Under the pieces are notes generated by a model, which had not been told where the DNA came from, did no database searches, and saw only the letters and a program-made list of their open reading frames with translations. Below, one piece after another: positions 55,368 to 64,000 of a stretch of DNA of 64,000 nt; within the stretch, counting starts at the first letter, position 1; every line of letters begins with the position of its first letter. Position numbers and translations under genes: made by a program. This stretch comes from Candidatus Nomurabacteria bacterium (GTDB lineage Bacteria > Patescibacteriota > Patescibacteriia > HK-STAS-PATE-3). The stretch covers positions 352,001 to 416,000 of the forward strand of contig CP060223.1 of the NCBI GenBank assembly GCA_023898465.1. The letters run 5' to 3'.

Positions 55368-58061
55368 TTATGCCCCGTGACACTTTTTATACTTTTTGCC
55401 TGAACCGCAAGGACAAAGGTCGTTACGACCCACTTTTGGTAAGGCGTTTGTGGTTTCTTGCGCGCTTGGTGCTTTTGCAGCCGGAGTATTTGGGTCTGAT
55501 GGTGAAAAAGCCGACTTAGCATCTTGTTGCACCTTAGCCGGCGCGGTCATAGTAAGTACTCGTCGCTGCATTGGAGTTGCTTGCGCAATATTCTGCGTCT
55601 GAGACATGCGGAAGAGGGTGAAAACTATGGAATTGTTTACTGAGTCAATGAGTTGCGTAAACATGCCATACGCCTCTTTTTTGTATTCCACTAGAGGATC
55701 GCGCTGTCCATAGCCACGCAAGCCAATTCCTTGGCGCAATCGGGTCATGTTGTCGAGGTGCTCAATCCAAAGCGTATCAATAGAGCGTAAAGCTACTCCT
55801 CGCTCTACTTGGCGCATCCTCTCAACGCTAATATGTTCCTCAATGCGGGCGTACTCTGTTTGCGCTAAATCAACTAAGTAGTGAATGATAGCTTGTCGCG
55901 CCGCTGCATCCGCAGCAGTATCCCCTGCTTGGGCACGTAATTCATCAAGCTTAATTCTTTTTTCAATGGCAATTGGAAACATGGAATCCACAATTTCGTA
56001 TATTTCTTCAATATCCCAGGCGTGCTCATCCTCAGAAGCGGTGTGAAAAGAAACTGCTTTAGTAATCTCTTCCTCAATCGATTTCAGTACGATTTCGCGT
56101 AATTTTTCCGGCTCAGCTGACAGGTATTCGTTTCGCTTGCGATAAATGACTTCGCGATGTTTATTCATCACGTCATCGTATTCAACTAAATGCTTACGAA
56201 TATCAAAATTATGACCTTCAACTTTTTTCTGCGCTTGCTCGATTGATCTGGAGATAAGCTTATTTTCGATTGGCATATCCTCAGGCAAGCCAAGACGTTC
56301 CATAATACTCTTCATGCGATCAGAGCCGAAGATGCGCATGAGATCATCATCCATGCAGACAAAAAATTGTGTCGAACCTGGATCGCCCTGACGCCCGGCT
56401 CGCCCGCGGAGCTGATTGTCAATCCGACGTGATTCGTGTCGCTCAGTGCCGATAACGTGCAGACCGCCAACTGAACGTACAAATTCAGCTTCCTGCTCTT
56501 GATAAGGCGCTCCACCGAGGATAATGTCGACGCCGCGACCTGCCATGTTTGTTGCAACGGTGACCGCACCTTTGCGGCCGGCTTGTGCTAAAATCGCCGC
56601 TTCTTTTTCGTGGTTTTTTGCGTTCAATACCTCGTGCGGAATCCCTTCGCGCTTGAGTAATTCACCTAAAATTTCATTCTTTTCAATCGATATAGTGCCG
56701 AGCAACACTGGTTGTCCCAGCTCATGACGGCGCTTTACTTCTCGCACGACGGAAAGAAACTTCCCTTTTTCGTTTTTATAAATACTGTCAGGCAGGTCAA
56801 CGCGGGCTAAGGGTTTATTTGTTGGAATAGTTACAACCTCGAGCTCGTATATTTTTGAAAACTCTTCCGCTTCAGTCATTGCTGTGCCAGTCATACCGCT
56901 TAACTTATCGTAAAGTCGGAAGAGGTTTTGGAAAGAAATGGTAGCGAGGGTTTCGCTTTCCTTCTTAATCTCCACTCGTTCTTTTGCTTCAATGGCCTGA
57001 TGCAAGCCCTCAGAATAACGGCGGCCAAACATTAAACGACCAGTAAATTCATCGACAATAACCACCTCACCATCTTTTACCACGTAATCTTTATCTCGTT
57101 GGAATAATGCGTGCGCTTTTAGAGCTTGTTCAACTCGATGAACTGTCTCAATTCCACCCGCCTCATACATATTTTCAATATGCAAAGCTTGTTCAATTTT
57201 AGCGATTCCTCCCTCGGTTAAGGTGGCGCTACGCATTTTCTCATCAACGTTATAGTCAGCTCCTTCGCTTAGGCGTTGGACTAAGTCAGCATAACGATAA
57301 TTTTCTTCACCAGAATCTTCAGCAGGGGCGGAAATGATAAGCGGAGTGCGAGCTTCGTCAATTAAGATGGAATCAACTTCGTCGACAATGGCGTAATGTA
57401 ATGCCCGCTGTACTTTCAACGAGGCATCCGGCACCATATTATCGCGCAGATAATCAAAGCCAAATTCATTATTAGTTCCATAAGTGATATCAGCTGCGTA
57501 CGCGTCTTTACGCTGAACTGGTCGCAAATTATTCCATTGCGGATCATCTGATTGAAACTCAGGGTCGTAAAGAAACGCAGCCTCGTGCTGAATAGAGGCC
57601 ACGCTGAGGCCTAGGGCGTGGTAAACCGGGCCCATCCACTGTGCATCACGTTTGGCGAGGTAGTCATTTACCGTAACCACATGTACGCCTTTACCGCTGA
57701 GAGCATTTAATGTTACCGGTAAAGTGGCAACTAGGGTTTTTCCTTCACCAGTTTTCATTTCAGCAATCATGCCCTTATGAAGGACCATGCCACCAATTAA
57801 CTGCACATCAAAATGGCGCATGCCAAGTTTTCGCTTGGCCGTTTCTCTGACTATCGCAAAAACCTCAACCAAAAACTTTTCCGCAGTAGGTGTTTCCTGC
57901 TCTCGGAGCTCGGATTGAATTTCTTGCACGCGCTGCAAAATAGCGGCATCGTCCATGCCTTGTATCTTCGCCTCTAGCGCCGAAATCTCGTCAACTGTCT
58001 TCTGCAGTGACTTCACGGTGCGGGCGTTTGCATCTCCAAACAATTTCGTCAAAACCGACAT
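55368..58061 (-). CDS. secA: Preprotein translocase ATPase SecA
   Basis: 897 aa with DEAD-like motor motifs, the preprotein-binding and HSD/HWD domains, and the C-terminal zinc-finger [14 protein letters not shown]. Confidence 0.95.
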   Translation of the reverse strand: MSVLTKLFGDANARTVKSLQKTVDEISALEAKIQGMDDAAILQRVQEIQSELREQETPTAEKFLVEVFAIVRETAKRKLGMRHFDVQLIGGMVLHKGMIAEMKTGEGKTLVATLPVTLNALSGKGVHVVTVNDYLAKRDAQWMGPVYHALGLSVASIQHEAAFLYDPEFQSDDPQWNNLRPVQRKDAYAADITYGTNNEFGFDYLRDNMVPDASLKVQRALHYAIVDEVDSILIDEARTPLIISAPAEDSGEENYRYADLVQRLSEGADYNVDEKMRSATLTEGGIAKIEQALHIENMYEAGGIETVHRVEQALKAHALFQRDKDYVVKDGEVVIVDEFTGRLMFGRRYSEGLHQAIEAKERVEIKKESETLATISFQNLFRLYDKLSGMTGTAMTEAEEFSKIYELEVVTIPTNKPLARVDLPDSIYKNEKGKFLSVVREVKRRHELGQPVLLGTISIEKNEILGELLKREGIPHEVLNAKNHEKEAAILAQAGRKGAVTVATNMAGRGVDIILGGAPYQEQEAEFVRSVGGLHVIGTERHESRRIDNQLRGRAGRQGDPGSTQFFVCMDDDLMRIFGSDRMKSIMERLGLPEDMPIENKLISRSIEQAQKKVEGHNFDIRKHLVEYDDVMNKHREVIYRKRNEYLSAEPEKLREIVLKSIEEEITKAVSFHTASEDEHAWDIEEIYEIVDSMFPIAIEKRIKLDELRAQAGDTAADAAARQAIIHYLVDLAQTEYARIEEHISVERMRQVERGVALRSIDTLWIEHLDNMTRLRQGIGLRGYGQRDPLVEYKKEAYGMFTQLIDSVNNSIVFTLFRMSQTQNIAQATPMQRRVLTMTAPAKVQQDAKSAFSPSDPNTPAAKAPSAQETTNALPKVGRNDLCPCGSGKKYKKCHGA

Positions 58062-58116
58062 AATCGTGCGAACCGTACTCTACCCCGCTGAGCAGGTTCT
58101 GTAAAGGTATTAGTTG

Positions 58117-58401
58117 TTAATGGCGCTTTCTCAATTGAGTTTCAAGCATATCTTGGACAATATCAATTGCCGCGTAGAAGTCCTCATGCTCAGTCTCTGC
58201 GTAGATATCTGGTCCAGAAACCTGCATTTGGGCTTTTACGGTGCAAATTTTGCCGTGACGATGATGAAAATTACGCTCGAAAGTAAGAGAAAGCTGCGTA
58301 ATATCCTTCGCATACTTTTCTAAACGCTGCATCTTATCTTCCGCATATTCACGCAGCGCGTCAGTTGTGTCGATATTTTGTCCGTGGATGATTATATTCA
58401 T
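58117..58401 (-). CDS. hpf: Ribosome hibernation-promoting factor (short HPF/RaiA)
   Basis: The start is reset to MNIIIHGQNIDTT…, 1 nt after the murB stop. Has the S30AE beta-alpha-beta-beta-beta-alpha pattern. Confidence 0.75.
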   Translation of the reverse strand: MNIIIHGQNIDTTDALREYAEDKMQRLEKYAKDITQLSLTFERNFHHRHGKICTVKAQMQVSGPDIYAETEHEDFYAAIDIVQDMLETQLRKRH

Positions 58402-58402
58402 A

Positions 58403-59299
58403 CTAGAATCCAATATACCGTATTTCCTCACGGAGTTGAACCCCATAAGAATCACGGATTTGCTGTTTAATGTAGCTAATGAGCATAACTATATGTTCGG
58501 CTTTTGCTTCTCCGGTGTTCACAATGAAATTTGCATGCTGGGTAGACACTTGAGCGCCTCCGATTTCCTTACCTTTTAGTCCGGCTTGATCAATGAGTCG
58601 ACCAGCTGACTGGCCAGGAGGATTGGTGAAAATACAGCCAGCCGAAGCGTTTTTTAGTGGTTGCACTTCCTTTTTTCGAAGCAAGTTTTCGTTTATTCGA
58701 CTGCGGATTGCCACCGGATCGTCACTTTGCAATGGAAACCAAGCTCGTAAAACCACACCGCCCTGTTGTTTAAATACGCTTGTACGGTAGGCAAAGGCGC
58801 ATTCTTCCGGGGTAAAAAGCTTTACCGTACCACCTGTATCAAGTCCCTCAACCTTACTACTCTTATTTCCCAGTCCATATTCCGAATTTCCGGCATTGCC
58901 AAATATCCCACCACCCACAGTACCCGGTATGCCGGCTAGGAATTCCATACCACTTAAGCCATGCTGCGCTGCGCTGTTCATAAGTAAACTGAGTGGAACG
59001 TCAGCCTCTGCTTCTAAAACACTATCCTCAAGTAAAGTAATTTGCTTTCCACCTGATCGAATAACCACCCCATCAAAACCCTGATCAGAAATAAGCACAT
59101 TTGCCCCAGAGCCTAGGACAATAAAAGGAAGTGCTAATTCCTGAACTGCACGTAATAAGGAAAGAAACTCTTGCGCGGTCTGTGGGTGATAAAACAACTT
59201 TGCGGGACCACCTACTTTAAAATACGTGTAGGGTGCTAATATCTCGTTCTCTTTCCCGTTTGGGAAGCGGCGTAATAGCTCTTGTAGCTTATCTTGCAT
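58403..59299 (-). CDS. murB: UDP-N-acetylenolpyruvoylglucosamine reductase
   Basis: FAD-binding N-domain (…YTYFKVGGPAKLF…GSGANVL…) with the MurB C-domain. Confidence 0.85.
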   Translation of the reverse strand: MQDKLQELLRRFPNGKENEILAPYTYFKVGGPAKLFYHPQTAQEFLSLLRAVQELALPFIVLGSGANVLISDQGFDGVVIRSGGKQITLLEDSVLEAEADVPLSLLMNSAAQHGLSGMEFLAGIPGTVGGGIFGNAGNSEYGLGNKSSKVEGLDTGGTVKLFTPEECAFAYRTSVFKQQGGVVLRAWFPLQSDDPVAIRSRINENLLRKKEVQPLKNASAGCIFTNPPGQSAGRLIDQAGLKGKEIGGAQVSTQHANFIVNTGEAKAEHIVMLISYIKQQIRDSYGVQLREEIRYIGF

Positions 59300-60656
59300 T
59301 GTCGTGTTGCTCCTTAGCTAAGATTTTTTGCATAAGGGCGTGCACTGAACCAGCACCCAAGCAAAGCACAACCGCATTACTTGAAATGTGAGTATGGAGT
59401 GACTTATCTAAGACCTCTTCAGTGTCACAAAGTTCTACATTTTTCTTTTTCTCCTGCAATTGAGCATACAAATCTTCCAAGGTAAAAACGTTTGCTTTAT
59501 TTTGTTCGCGACCAAGTACTTCGTAGGTGTGATATAAGAGTATCGTATCAGCTGGTACAAGTGCTTCAGTGAATGCTGAGCCAAAGGCGTTTAATCTTTG
59601 TTGTTGGTGCGGCTGAAATACCACGATGAGTTTTTTATCAGGAAATATCTGCTTGGCAGCTTGTAGTGTCGCGGCAATTTCCGTGGGATGATGGGCATAA
59701 TCGGAAATAAACTCAGTCCCAAAATACGTCCCTAAATGTTGGAAGCGTCGTTCTATGCCTTGTAAGCGAGAAAAGCCAAGCTCTATCGCTTCCTTTTTGA
59801 CTCCTAGGTGCTGTGCAACGGCAATAGCGCCCAGCGCGTTGCTTATCATATGCTCGCCAGGAAGCGGCACGTGAATAGTTCCGAATTCGGATGAGACAAG
59901 CGTACTACCATTTATGTCGTGTGAAATCTGTAGATCTTGCTTTGCGTTATTTAAGCTGAACCAATGCGCTCGATCACGAATATGCTGAGGTAGTTGCTGA
60001 ATGCCTGGATCGTCGGCATTTAAAAAGTATGTACCTTTCGTTTGTCCTAAAAACTGGGTGAAAGTATCAAGAACATCCTCAAAATGAGCATAGGTATCAA
60101 CGTGATCATGCTCAATATTTGTGACAACACTTATTTCTGGATGATAGTTAAGAAATGAACGATTAAACTCATCTGCTTCCAACACAAGATATTTTCCCTT
60201 TCCAGCCCGGAAATTGCCGCCCCAGTTTTTTACGCGACTGCCTACTACAACGATTGGATCAAGCTGAGCAGCCTCGAGTAGCATACCAAGAAAAGTAGTT
60301 GTGCTTGTTTTACCATGCGTTCCACTGACGGCAATTACCTGAAGCCCCTCACTCATTTGCGCTAAGGCCTCTGGATAGCTTAACACAGGGATATTTTTCC
60401 TTGCCGCTTCCTGACGTTCTGGATGTGTCACTGCTATTGCCGGACTATACAGCACAACTTCGCTTGCTTCCGGCAAATGCGATTCACCTATGCGCACCTC
60501 AATTTTTTCATCACGGAGTTGACGTATATTATCTGAGTCAGCTGCATCGCTGCCGCTCACGCTGATTCCCTCGCTGCGAAGCCAACGGGCAAGTGCGCTA
60601 ATACCTATGCCACCGATGCCTATGCAATGCACATGTTTTGCTTTGAGAAGCTTCAT
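59289..60656 (-). CDS. murC: UDP-N-acetylmuramate--L-alanine ligase
   Basis: HVHCIGIGGIGISALA N-terminus and the Mur-ligase P-loop GTHGKTSTT. Confidence 0.9.
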   Translation of the reverse strand: MKLLKAKHVHCIGIGGIGISALARWLRSEGISVSGSDAADSDNIRQLRDEKIEVRIGESHLPEASEVVLYSPAIAVTHPERQEAARKNIPVLSYPEALAQMSEGLQVIAVSGTHGKTSTTTFLGMLLEAAQLDPIVVVGSRVKNWGGNFRAGKGKYLVLEADEFNRSFLNYHPEISVVTNIEHDHVDTYAHFEDVLDTFTQFLGQTKGTYFLNADDPGIQQLPQHIRDRAHWFSLNNAKQDLQISHDINGSTLVSSEFGTIHVPLPGEHMISNALGAIAVAQHLGVKKEAIELGFSRLQGIERRFQHLGTYFGTEFISDYAHHPTEIAATLQAAKQIFPDKKLIVVFQPHQQQRLNAFGSAFTEALVPADTILLYHTYEVLGREQNKANVFTLEDLYAQLQEKKKNVELCDTEEVLDKSLHTHISSNAVVLCLGAGSVHALMQKILAKEQHDNAR

Positions 60657-61735
60657 TATTCTACCTTCCCAGTAATTCGTAAAATTTCCTGAGCAATTTT
60701 TTTTGTTGCATCTGGACGAGCAAGTTGCTGCATATGCATAGCTAACTCGCTTCGAACATCGGCATTACTCATGAGTTGCTCAACTTCAGCCAAGAGTCTG
60801 CTGGCCTGCAAGGATTGTTCAGGGAGGACTTTAATAGCGTCGTGTAATTTAAAATACTCAGCATTTCTCACTTGATGAGATCCTGGAATTGGCACGATGA
60901 TACTTGGTTTTCCTAGGAGTGACAACTCGGTTAAGGTTGATAATCCAGCACGACTGATGACAATGTCAGCTACAGCGTACGCATGAGGCATTTCAACCGT
61001 AAGAAACTCATAGGTGTGGTAGTTTGGATGCGGCACGCTAAATCCACCCTTCCCCTTACCGGTGAGATGGAGAATTTGAAAATGTTCAAGCAAGCGAAGT
61101 GAGGCTGAAGCGATAAGTTGGTTTAAACGCAGTGCACCAGTGCCGCCGCCCATAACTACAATAGTTGGTAAATTACTTCGCAGATTGAACAGCGACCGCG
61201 CTTCCTCAACGCTTCCTTTTAGTATCTCTTTTCGGTATGGATTTCCGGTTACGAGTGCTTTAGATGTTTCGAGTTGTTGTCGCGTCTCTTCAAAACCAAG
61301 TGTGAGTCGGCTGACGCTCGGCAGAACAAGTTTATTTGCTAAACCAAGGTCAATATCAAGCTGATGCGCAAGACTAGGGATGCGTAACATTCTACCCGCC
61401 CACATAACTGGCACACTTACAAAGCTACCCGTACCTACGATAATATCCGGCTTCAAATCTCTTAAACGTGCCAAGGACTGCATCGTACCGCCAGCAATTT
61501 TAAAGAGATCAAAAAAGTTATGGAATGAGAAGTATCTTCGGAGCTTTCCCGCATGAATACTGGTAAATTCAATTCCACTTTGCTCTACTAATTCTCGCTC
61601 AGGGCCATCATCAGTGCCGATAAAAGTGAAACGAATTTTAGGGTCTTGCGCTTGTAATTCTTCTGCAATTGCTAAGAGACTGGTTACTGAACCGCCTGTT
61701 CCCCCGCCTGTTAACACTACATGCAAGGACTTCAT
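60656..61735 (-). CDS. murG: Lipid II synthase MurG (GT28)
   Basis: TGGGTGGSV G-loop with a GT-B fold. Lies between ftsW and murC. Confidence 0.85.
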   Translation of the reverse strand: MKSLHVVLTGGGTGGSVTSLLAIAEELQAQDPKIRFTFIGTDDGPERELVEQSGIEFTSIHAGKLRRYFSFHNFFDLFKIAGGTMQSLARLRDLKPDIIVGTGSFVSVPVMWAGRMLRIPSLAHQLDIDLGLANKLVLPSVSRLTLGFEETRQQLETSKALVTGNPYRKEILKGSVEEARSLFNLRSNLPTIVVMGGGTGALRLNQLIASASLRLLEHFQILHLTGKGKGGFSVPHPNYHTYEFLTVEMPHAYAVADIVISRAGLSTLTELSLLGKPSIIVPIPGSHQVRNAEYFKLHDAIKVLPEQSLQASRLLAEVEQLMSNADVRSELAMHMQQLARPDATKKIAQEILRITGKVE

Positions 61736-62850
61736 AGTGATCGAAAAGATTTAACTTCTTTTTTTTGGCGACTAATGCTGAGCAGTATACCTGCGGCGGC
61801 TAAGTTGATAACTAAAGCAGTACCACCGTAGCTCACAAAAGGCAAAGGAATGCCAGTCAAAGGTAGGATTCCTGAAAGCGCACCGATATTTACAAAGGCC
61901 TGCAAACCAAGCCAGGCGGTAATACCTGCGGCGAGTAACCTACCAAAGTCGTCAGGGGCTTGTCGGGCAGTTTGAAAACCGCGGTAAATAAGGAAGGCAA
62001 ACACTGCGAGAAGTGCGACCACCATGAGGAAGCCAAGCTCTTCAGCAATAACGGCAAAAATCGAGTCACCAGCAGCCTCAGGAAGATAATTAAACTTTTG
62101 CCTAGAATGTCCAAGTCCAACACCAAAGATGCCACCTGTCCCAATAGCCAGAAGTGCTTGATTAATGTGATAGCCGATTCCCTGCGGATCAAGGGCTGGG
62201 TTAAGAAAAACAGTTAATCGAGCAGCCCGGTACGGTGCAATTTTGATAAAAATGGCAAAAAGCGAAACAGCTATGGCCGTGATCCAAGCAAAGTGCTTAG
62301 CCGGAGCGCCAGCTACAAAATAGACAATAACCGCAATAAGTCCAATGACGGTCATGGTTCCTAGGTCTGGCTGAGCCATAACGAGTAATGTGATAATTCC
62401 CAGGATAACCATAAATGGGACAAAGCTATATATCGGTTCTCGAAATCCTTCTCGTCGCTTTTCTAACCAAGAGGCTAGGTAAACTAAGAAGGCTAATTTA
62501 ACAAGCTCGGTAGGCTGAAACTGCACGCCTAAATTAATCCATCGACGAGCGCCGAGGTATTCTTCTCCAATTCCAGGAACAAAAACCATGATGAGAAAAA
62601 CTATACTGAGGAAAAGCAAAAGTACGGCAAACTTTTTCCATAAATGATAATCAAGCCGCTGAATAATAAAGAAACCAGCCAGGCCGAGGACGGCGCTGAT
62701 AATTTGCCGTCGAAGTAAGGCATTCGAATCACCATATTGCTGAAAAGAAATCACCGAGGAGGCTGAGGAAAGCATGATCAGACCAAAGAGAACTAAACCA
62801 ACAATGGTGATAAGTAATGCGTAGTCAGCTTGTCGTAATTGATGGCGCAT
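61732..62850 (-). CDS. ftsW: SEDS-family lipid II polymerase FtsW (dcw context)
   Basis: 10-TM SEDS pattern (…GQSRQKFNYLPEA…DFIFAVIAEELGF…). Flanked by murD and murG. Confidence 0.8.
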   Translation of the reverse strand: MRHQLRQADYALLITIVGLVLFGLIMLSSASSVISFQQYGDSNALLRRQIISAVLGLAGFFIIQRLDYHLWKKFAVLLLFLSIVFLIMVFVPGIGEEYLGARRWINLGVQFQPTELVKLAFLVYLASWLEKRREGFREPIYSFVPFMVILGIITLLVMAQPDLGTMTVIGLIAVIVYFVAGAPAKHFAWITAIAVSLFAIFIKIAPYRAARLTVFLNPALDPQGIGYHINQALLAIGTGGIFGVGLGHSRQKFNYLPEAAGDSIFAVIAEELGFLMVVALLAVFAFLIYRGFQTARQAPDDFGRLLAAGITAWLGLQAFVNIGALSGILPLTGIPLPFVSYGGTALVINLAAAGILLSISRQKKEVKSFRSL

Positions 62851-64000
62851 TAGTGCTTCTTTAGTAAGTGATGGACCGCTTTTCGAAAAGCATCGCCTCG
62901 GGCGTACGCATTAGTAAAGCTCGTGAAGCTGGCAGCAGCTGGAGAAAGTAAAACACTTCCCTTTTTTGTAAGAAGCTTGTTCGCAACATGCACTGCAGTG
63001 GGCATAGTATCAACCGGGCCATGCACTTTGGTGTAAGAAATATGTCGCAAACGCTCATGTAATTTTTCACTTGCTGGACCAGGCAAAAGTACTACATGGG
63101 CAATTTCCTGCTTAATTTTTTGCGCCAAAACGCTGAAATCTAGACCTTTATCACTTCCCCCGGCAATCAGCACCCTTGGTTTAGGAAATGCGTCTAAGGC
63201 TGCTAGTACAGCCTCTGGCGTTGTTGCTGTTGTATCGTTGATGTAGGTTATTCCCTTTACTTTTGCAATTACTTCTTGGCGGTTTTTTACTCCTTGGAAG
63301 CTGCGTAATCCTTTGCTGATTTTCGCACTCGGTACACGCAGTGCATCGGCAACCGCGATTGCCGCTAATGCATTCATTTGTGAGTGTTGACCGGGTAGTT
63401 GCAGATCATTGAGTTGAGCCAGTGTACGAGTCCCTGATCCGGGTGCTAGAAAAGCTTTTTGGCTCAAGCGGTAAATATTTTTTCCTTTTTTGGAGGCGCT
63501 GTACCATTGCACTGGTACCTTTGCCTTACGCAAAATTATTTTCAGCAGTTCATTATCTTGATTTGCAATAAGCACGTCACCCTTTTTCTGAAAAGCGGTC
63601 AGGAGTGATTTTGCCTGAATGTAGGCTTGCATGTTGGGATAATGATCTAGGTGATCCGGATAAATATTTGTGAAAACCGCCAGATGAGGACTCCACCCTA
63701 AATGAGCAACTGATTCCAACATCCAACTCGAGAGTTCAAGTACTACTGGATCATTTTCCTTAATCTTAAAAAGGAAATTTAACGGCGATACTCCAATATT
63801 TCCACCTAAAAAGACATTTGCATACTGTGTCTGCAGTAAAGTGGCAATTAAAGACGTGGTAGTTGATTTGCCGCGCGTTCCAGTAACGCCAATAGTGAGT
63901 TTTGATGGGCAATGCTGCACAAAAAAACTGATGTCGCTTTCTGTGGCAATGTTCTTTTTCCGTGCCGCTTGAAGAAAGGGTGAATCCTGCTGTACTACAG
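62850..64000 (-). CDS. murD: UDP-N-acetylmuramoylalanine--D-glutamate ligase; the N-terminus lies beyond the window edge
   Basis: Mur-ligase P-loop GVTGTRGKSTTTSL. The frame stays open to position 64000 (…QQDSPFLQAARKKNIATESDISFFVQ…). Confidence 0.85.
   Translation of the reverse strand, partial: VVQQDSPFLQAARKKNIATESDISFFVQHCPSKLTIGVTGTRGKSTTTSLIATLLQTQYANVFLGGNIGVSPLNFLFKIKENDPVVLELSSWMLESVAHLGWSPHLAVFTNIYPDHLDHYPNMQAYIQAKSLLTAFQKKGDVLIANQDNELLKIILRKAKVPVQWYSASKKGKNIYRLSQKAFLAPGSGTRTLAQLNDLQLPGQHSQMNALAAIAVADALRVPSAKISKGLRSFQGVKNRQEVIAKVKGITYINDTTATTPEAVLAALDAFPKPRVLIAGGSDKGLDFSVLAQKIKQEIAHVVLLPGPASEKLHERLRHISYTKVHGPVDTMPTAVHVANKLLTKKGSVLLSPAAASFTSFTNAYARGDAFRKAVHHLLKKH

Noticed and set aside
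1-64000. CRISPR arrays, rRNA genes, or prophage structural genes
   Set aside because: No regularly spaced direct repeats were seen, and there are no 16S/23S-like conserved stretches. All large ORFs are accounted for by cellular functions.

Overview
This 64-kb window reads as gene-dense chromosomal DNA from a small-genome bacterium. Background GC is about 42-46% by spot counts, genes are tightly packed or overlapping, and there are many ATGA-type start/stop overlaps. The streamlined content is compatible with a Patescibacteria/CPR-like organism, but that is inference, not demonstrated. Most of the window is core housekeeping. There are cell-division and wall genes (ftsE-ftsX, an FtsQ-like gene, and a partial dcw block murD-ftsW-murG-murC-murB). 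There is an mreB-mreC-mreD-PBP2 operon with greA, lysS, serS and alr downstream. There is a long ribosomal operon (infA-rpmJ-rpsM-rpsK-rpsD-rpoA-rplQ-rplM-rpsI); rpmJ was missed by the ORF track and was found by hand translation. Also present are secA and hpf. Translation and tRNA enzymes are gltX, proS, fmt-def, frr and rseP. Replication genes are priA and holB. Sugar metabolism is represented by class II fba plus a PfkB kinase. Two tRNAs were called from structure, tRNA-Gly(CCC) and tRNA-Gln(UUG). An 11.7-kb single-strand locus (37.9-49.7 kb) encodes surface polysaccharide synthesis: GT4, GT2 x4, GT4, a Wzy/O-antigen-ligase-like polymerase, a Wzx flippase, a DUF4012-like protein and, unusually, a second MreB paralogue. 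Three near-consensus sigma70-type promoters (TTGAC[GA]-17-TA[TG][AT]AT-like) and several rho-independent terminators are visible. Seven things merit follow-up. (1) A 2.5-kb segment between the convergent genes gltX and ftsQ is bounded by about 58-bp inverted repeats. It carries an M23 peptidase and a sharply GC-rich (about 60%) gene for a small secreted cysteine-rich protein, which looks horizontally acquired. (2) A translationally coupled NADAR-Nudix-PPC(DUF296) operon may process ADP-ribose. (3) An MreB paralogue is embedded in the glycan locus. (4) The PriA homologue has a degenerate Walker A and DExH motif. (5) RpoA lacks the alpha-CTD. (6) An RlpA-DPBB domain is fused to a DD-carboxypeptidase. 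(7) A secreted protein carries four internal repeats of about 55 aa. No CRISPR arrays, transposases, integrases or rRNA genes were seen.
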